Below are positions 59,609-64,000 of a stretch of DNA of 64,000 bases, piece by piece (position 1 is the first letter of the stretch; each line of letters opens with the position of its first letter). The translations under genes were made by a program, and so were the position numbers. The notes under the pieces were generated by a model. It saw nothing but the letters and a program-made list of their open reading frames with translations. It searched no databases and was not told where the DNA came from. This DNA comes from Chitinophagaceae bacterium (GTDB lineage Bacteria > Bacteroidota > Bacteroidia > Chitinophagales > Chitinophagaceae). The stretch lies in NCBI GenBank assembly GCA_947380605.1, contig CANCRO010000002.1:11555-75554 (forward strand). The letters run 5' to 3'.

Positions 59609-59675
59609 AAAAAATAGAAATTTTTTTGGGTTGTTAACTAAAAGGGTTTCTTTGATCTTCCTTAGAAAAGGAATG

Positions 59676-59707
59676 CAAATATAAGCTGCGAAAGCCCAAA
59701 AACCAAA
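59676..59707 (-). promoter_or_regulatory. Consensus promoter of rpsP
   Basis: TTTG (59707-59704), a 20-nt spacer, then TATATTTG (59683-59676). Confidence 0.8.
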
Positions 59708-59810
59708 TCCAAATAATAAAAAAAGGGGACAATTAGGCTAAAAAAGAGGTGAAATTATAAATAATTCTAAAGTTTCTAAACAAAAGACCAAAGGGCTCAA
59801 AGAGTAAAAA

Positions 59811-61133
59811 TTACCTTCTACCCATTCCTGGCATATTCCCCATCGGCATCTTATTCATCATTTTCATCATGCCTTTCATCTGCTCAAACTGCTTCAAAAA
59901 TTGATTTAACTCTGCAATATCCTTTCCACTACCCTTTGCAATCCTCGTTTTACGACTAGGATTAATAATATCCGGATTACGTCTTTCTTGCAAGGTCATA
60001 GAATTAATCATGGCCTCAATACCTTTAAAAGCATCATCATTAATATCGGCATCTTTTATTTGTTTACCTACCCCAGGTATCATTCCCATCAAATCTTTCA
60101 GGTTGCCCATTTTTTTAATCTGTTGCAATTGGGTTTTAAAATCTTCAAAATCAAACTGATTTTTACGAATCTTTTTTTCAAGTTTAGCCGCTTCAGCAGC
60201 ATCAAATTGCTCTTGTGCTTTTTCAACTAGACTCACAATATCTCCCATTCCTAGAATTCGCTGAGCCATCCTATCTGGATAAAATACATCCAGTGTATCC
60301 ATCTTTTCACCGCTACTTACAAACTTGATAGGCTTGTTAACCGTATACTTAATGGATAAGGCTGCTCCACCTCTTGTATCTCCATCCAACTTAGTAAGCA
60401 CGACTCCACTAAAATCAAGTCGCTCGTTAAAGGCAGCAGCTGTGTTTACTGCATCTTGTCCTGTCATACTATCCACTACAAATAATATTTCTTGTGGTTG
60501 GATGGCATTTTTAATATTGGCGACCTCATTCATCATCACTTCGTCTACGGCTAAACGTCCGGCAGTATCAACTATAATTACATTCTTGTTTTTAGCCTTC
60601 GCTTCTTTGATTGCATTTTGAACAATGCTTACCGCATCTTTATTTTCACGCTCACTAAAAACATCCACTCCTATTTGACCACCTAATACTTCCAATTGAT
60701 CAATTGCCGCAGGTCGATAAATATCCGCCGCAACTAGTAGAGGAGATTTGCCTTTCTTTGTTTTTAAATAATTAGCCAGCTTACCACTAAACGTTGTTTT
60801 ACCACTCCCTTGCAGTCCTGCAATTAAAATAATAGAAGGATTGCCGCTGATATTAAATTCACTTTCTTTTCCTCCCATCAATTCGGTCAACTGATCTTGT
60901 ACAATTTTTACCATCAACTGACCTGGACTAACAGCAGTCAACACCTTTTCTCCGAGTGCTTTTTCTTTTATAGTATCTGTAAATTCTTTAGCAATTTTAT
61001 AGTTGACATCGGCATCCACTAAAGCCCTGCGAATATCCTTTACGGTATTGGCAATATTGAGTTCAGAAATTCTTGCCTGACCTTTAATATTTTTAAAGGC
61101 AGATTCTAATCTTTCGCTTAAGGTGTTAAACAT
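59811..61133 (-). CDS. ffh: Signal recognition particle protein Ffh
   Basis: GLQGSGKTT, DTAGR, TKLDGDTRGGAA and a Met-rich M domain. Start trimmed to 61133. Confidence 0.98.
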   Translation of the reverse strand: MFNTLSERLESAFKNIKGQARISELNIANTVKDIRRALVDADVNYKIAKEFTDTIKEKALGEKVLTAVSPGQLMVKIVQDQLTELMGGKESEFNISGNPSIILIAGLQGSGKTTFSGKLANYLKTKKGKSPLLVAADIYRPAAIDQLEVLGGQIGVDVFSERENKDAVSIVQNAIKEAKAKNKNVIIVDTAGRLAVDEVMMNEVANIKNAIQPQEILFVVDSMTGQDAVNTAAAFNERLDFSGVVLTKLDGDTRGGAALSIKYTVNKPIKFVSSGEKMDTLDVFYPDRMAQRILGMGDIVSLVEKAQEQFDAAEAAKLEKKIRKNQFDFEDFKTQLQQIKKMGNLKDLMGMIPGVGKQIKDADINDDAFKGIEAMINSMTLQERRNPDIINPSRKTRIAKGSGKDIAELNQFLKQFEQMKGMMKMMNKMPMGNMPGMGRR

Positions 61134-61217
61134 GTTCCACTTTTTATGAGGTGTGCAGTAACAAAGAAGTGAACCAAAAAAGTTCACTTCTATAATTTTT
61201 GCAAATGTATGAAATCT

Positions 61218-62093
61218 TTACGCTCCTAAATAGCTTCGCAGATGCTTAGAACGGGAAGTAGATCTTAATCGAGTGATTGCTTTATCCTTAATTTGTCGAA
61301 CCCTTTCTCTGGTAAGACTATATCGCTCTCCAATATCTTCCAGACTCAATGGATGATCAACCCCAATACCAAAGAAAAAACAGATGACATCCTTTTGACG
61401 ATCGGTTAAAGTATTCAGCGATCGTTCAATTTCAGCGGTCAACGAAACTTTAAAGGTCTGGTGCATATCGGTACTATCCGCATTCGGGTTTTCCAAGATA
61501 TCCAACAATGAACCCTCTTCTCCTTCCGCGAAGGGTTGATCCATACTGATATGACGAGCTGCAGAACTAATAGAAGCTGCCACTTCTTCTGTTTCTAAAT
61601 CTAATAAATTAGCAATCTCCTCTGCTGTTGGCTCTCGCTCATACTCCTGCTCCAACTGCGAAAAAGCCTTACTAATTCGGTTAGAAAGACCTACTTTATT
61701 TAAGGGTAACCTAACAATCCTCGACTGCTCCGCCAAAGCCTGCAGTATACTTTGACGTATCCACCAAACGGCATAAGAAATAAATTTAAACCCCCTCGTC
61801 TCGTCAAATCTGCCAGCAGCCTTAATTAGCCCTACATTGCCTTCATTAATTAAATCGGGTAGCGTTAACCCCTGGTTTTGATATTGTTTAGCTACCGATA
61901 CTACAAAACGTAAATTTGCCTTCGTTAACTTGTCTAAAGCACGTTGATCTCCCTTTTTAATAAGTACAGCAAGCTTCACCTCCTCCTCTGGAGAAATTAA
62001 TTCTACTTTACCAATTTCCTGTAAATACTTCTCTAAACTCTGGCTTTCACGATTGGTGATGGATTTGGAGATTTTCAGTTGACGCATACTCAT
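61218..62093 (-). CDS. RpoD/SigA-family sigma70 factor (Bacteroidota type, no region 1.1)
   Basis: [35 protein letters not shown] and TRERVRQIK motifs. Confidence 0.95.
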   Translation of the reverse strand: MSMRQLKISKSITNRESQSLEKYLQEIGKVELISPEEEVKLAVLIKKGDQRALDKLTKANLRFVVSVAKQYQNQGLTLPDLINEGNVGLIKAAGRFDETRGFKFISYAVWWIRQSILQALAEQSRIVRLPLNKVGLSNRISKAFSQLEQEYEREPTAEEIANLLDLETEEVAASISSAARHISMDQPFAEGEEGSLLDILENPNADSTDMHQTFKVSLTAEIERSLNTLTDRQKDVICFFFGIGVDHPLSLEDIGERYSLTRERVRQIKDKAITRLRSTSRSKHLRSYLGA

Positions 62094-62347
62094 AGTTCTT
62101 AAGTTTTAAGGTGATTTTTTAAAATTGGTAAACATTACATTTTACAAACATATTTAAATATTTTGTAATTTAAATAAATTTATAATATGTTGTTTAAAAA
62201 TAATAATTTAGATAGGATCAAAATAGCCCCCCATTGGAGCTTAATTCAAAACATTATGTGAAGATTTAGTGCAATTGGATAAAATAATTTTGACACACCG
62301 ATTATTTTGTTATTATTGCACTATACTATAGAATTTAAATTAGTCAG

Positions 62348-62728
62348 ATGAGTAAGAAAGTTTTGTATACACTGGAATACCCGGTTAGATGTTCTCCAGG
62401 TATATTGTATGATTTTTTAAGTACCCCTGCAGGATTACAGGAATGGTTTGCTGATAAAGTGGATGAAAGAGACGGAATATTCAGTTTTTCTTGGAATGGA
62501 TCAGATGAGCAGGCAGAATTATTAGAAGGTGAAGAAGATAAATATATTCGTTATCACTGGTTACATGCACCTAAAGATGAATATTTTGAATTTGCCATTG
62601 AAAAATCTGAAGTAACCAATCAGACTATTTTGATCATAAAAGATTTTGCAGATAAGAAGGATATTAAAGATCAGAGCCAACTCTGGGAATATCAAGTGAA
62701 AGATCTTTTCCATCGCTTGGGAAATTAA
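62348..62728 (+). CDS. START/SRPBCC-like domain protein
   Basis: LY..LSTP.GL.EWFAD.V and F.W motifs, typical of Bacteroidota START-like proteins. Confidence 0.8.
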   Translation: MSKKVLYTLEYPVRCSPGILYDFLSTPAGLQEWFADKVDERDGIFSFSWNGSDEQAELLEGEEDKYIRYHWLHAPKDEYFEFAIEKSEVTNQTILIIKDFADKKDIKDQSQLWEYQVKDLFHRLGN

Positions 62729-63338
62729 TTTTCAATAACTCCACTAATTCGGTAAAATGCTGTTCTAGAAAAGCTGGGACTGAATTCCATTGCGCTAATG
62801 AAATGGATATTGATATTTTTACAAAGTCCTTCTGCTGAATCATCGCTCCAAACTCAACAGCAGAATAATTTTTTAATAGCCGAAAATTATCTTCTTCATA
62901 ATGATGCTCCCATGGATCTGAATGAATGCATAAATAATAATTATTTTGCTGCATCCATTCGAAATTGCTTTTCAAAAAAGGTATGGCAGTTGATTTCATT
63001 GCTCCCGATAAATGAAGACTGATGCTGAAAAAATTCCCCCACCAAAAAAAAGTACGAATAGCTAGCGCATCATTCGATTTAAAATATCGGGGATAATCTA
63101 ACATCACATAAGGAAGCCCAAGATAATTTTCTCCCTTTGATATTTTAGGACTGCTTTGTGTTACCACAGCTGGTAACAATAATTGATTACTTTCAATATA
63201 ATCTTGCATCTTTTGAGAAAGATTACCCAAAAGAAGATATACCTTATCTACCACCATTTTCTTAGTCCGGATCCAGTCTTTATTGCAAACCAGTTCCAGT
63301 TCATCAGCAGAAAGAGATAATTTTATAGCATCGTTCAT
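62664..63338 (-). CDS. Conserved-looking hypothetical protein
   Basis: 224-aa ORF containing KISKGENY.GLPY..LDYPR and FWWG. Its 3' end overlaps the START gene by 65 nt. Confidence 0.75.
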   Translation of the reverse strand: MNDAIKLSLSADELELVCNKDWIRTKKMVVDKVYLLLGNLSQKMQDYIESNQLLLPAVVTQSSPKISKGENYLGLPYVMLDYPRYFKSNDALAIRTFFWWGNFFSISLHLSGAMKSTAIPFLKSNFEWMQQNNYYLCIHSDPWEHHYEEDNFRLLKNYSAVEFGAMIQQKDFVKISISISLAQWNSVPAFLEQHFTELVELLKINFPSDGKDLSLDIPRVGSDL

Positions 63339-63492
63339 TGGAGTTACAAGTTAACTATTCAAATTTAAATAAAGCCAATTGGCTATAGTGTAAATTGTAC
63401 ATAGCTTTGTAGTAGCTTATATTATTATAATTTTAGGATATCAATAAGTAAACGGAGTTATTTTTAAATTTTCGCCTGGACGAATAGGGTAT

Positions 63493-64000
63493 ATGATAAA
63501 AAAAATAGACAAGCTGATTCTTAAATCTTTCATCGGTCCATTTATTGCGACTTTCTTTATCGCATTTTTTGTACTGATGATGCAAAGTCTATGGAAATAC
63601 ATTGACGATTTAGTGGGTAAAGATCTCGACTTACTTACCATCGCAGAATTTTTGTGGTATGCAAGTGCTTCCTTGCTCACCCTTGCTATGCCTATAGCTA
63701 TTTTAATTTCGTCAATTATGACATTGGGGAATTTGGGAGAAAGCTTTGAATTAGTTGCCATCAAATCATCAGGAATTTCACTGCTCAGATTCTTACGACC
63801 GCTTACACTTTTGTCTATTGTTCTTTGTGGAATTACTTTCCTATTTGCTAACTATGTTATCCCCTACGCCAACCTTGAATTTAAAACGCTTTATTACGAT
63901 ATTTCTTACAAAAAACCGGCAATCGATTTAAAACAAGGTAGTTTTTATAACCATATTCCTGGATATTCTATTAAAGTTGGAAAGAAAGATAAGGATGGAA
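63493..64000 (+). CDS. LptF/LptG family LPS export permease, 3' truncated by the window edge (absent from the ORF track)
   Basis: ATG at 63493 gives MIKKIDKLILKSFIGPF...WKYIDDLVGKDL...LAMP..IL.SSIMTLGNLGESFELVAIKSSGISL.R, open to the window end. Confidence 0.9.
   Translation, partial: MIKKIDKLILKSFIGPFIATFFIAFFVLMMQSLWKYIDDLVGKDLDLLTIAEFLWYASASLLTLAMPIAILISSIMTLGNLGESFELVAIKSSGISLLRFLRPLTLLSIVLCGITFLFANYVIPYANLEFKTLYYDISYKKPAIDLKQGSFYNHIPGYSIKVGKKDKDG

Noticed and set aside
63441-63764. 107-aa minus-strand ORF
   Set aside because: It is the antisense shadow of the LptF/G gene starting at 63493 on the plus strand.
1-64000. tRNA, rRNA, SRP RNA, CRISPR arrays, transposases, reverse transcriptase
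   Set aside because: None was recognisable by eye in intergenic regions or ORFs. A covariance-model scan (tRNAscan-SE, Rfam) would be needed to exclude small RNAs.

Overview
AT-rich Bacteroidota chromosome segment. Gene content and order, T9SS genes, TAnnTTTG promoters and signal peptides cleaved before Gln suggest Chitinophagaceae (inference). It is mostly housekeeping: grpE-dnaJ, recG, mnmE, exbB-exbD-exbD-tonB, a complete 14-gene nuoA-N operon, hisS, rlmN, rlmI, two pseudouridine synthases, dinB, rimM, rpsP, ffh, a sigma70 factor and the start of an LptF/G gene that the ORF track missed. I saw no tRNA, rRNA, CRISPR array, integrase or transposase. Most notable: (1) a two-gene operon encoding a membrane DUF2231/cytochrome c/DUF1549/DUF1553 protein and a Tat-lipoprotein DUF1501, function unknown; (2) a clan AA (retropepsin-like) aspartic protease wedged between nuoE and nuoF; (3) a stand-alone DUF1566/CLec domain resembling a diversity-generating retroelement (DGR) target, with a palindrome just after its stop and no RT in the window; (4) a divergent Rrf2/1-Cys peroxiredoxin pair with an IscR-like operator; (5) five genes with an exact TAnnTTTG-N4-ATG arrangement, suggesting leaderless mRNAs; (6) a PstS-like/TPR pair and exbBDD-tonB bracketing the nuo operon. 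All family calls come from motif recognition by eye, not database searches.
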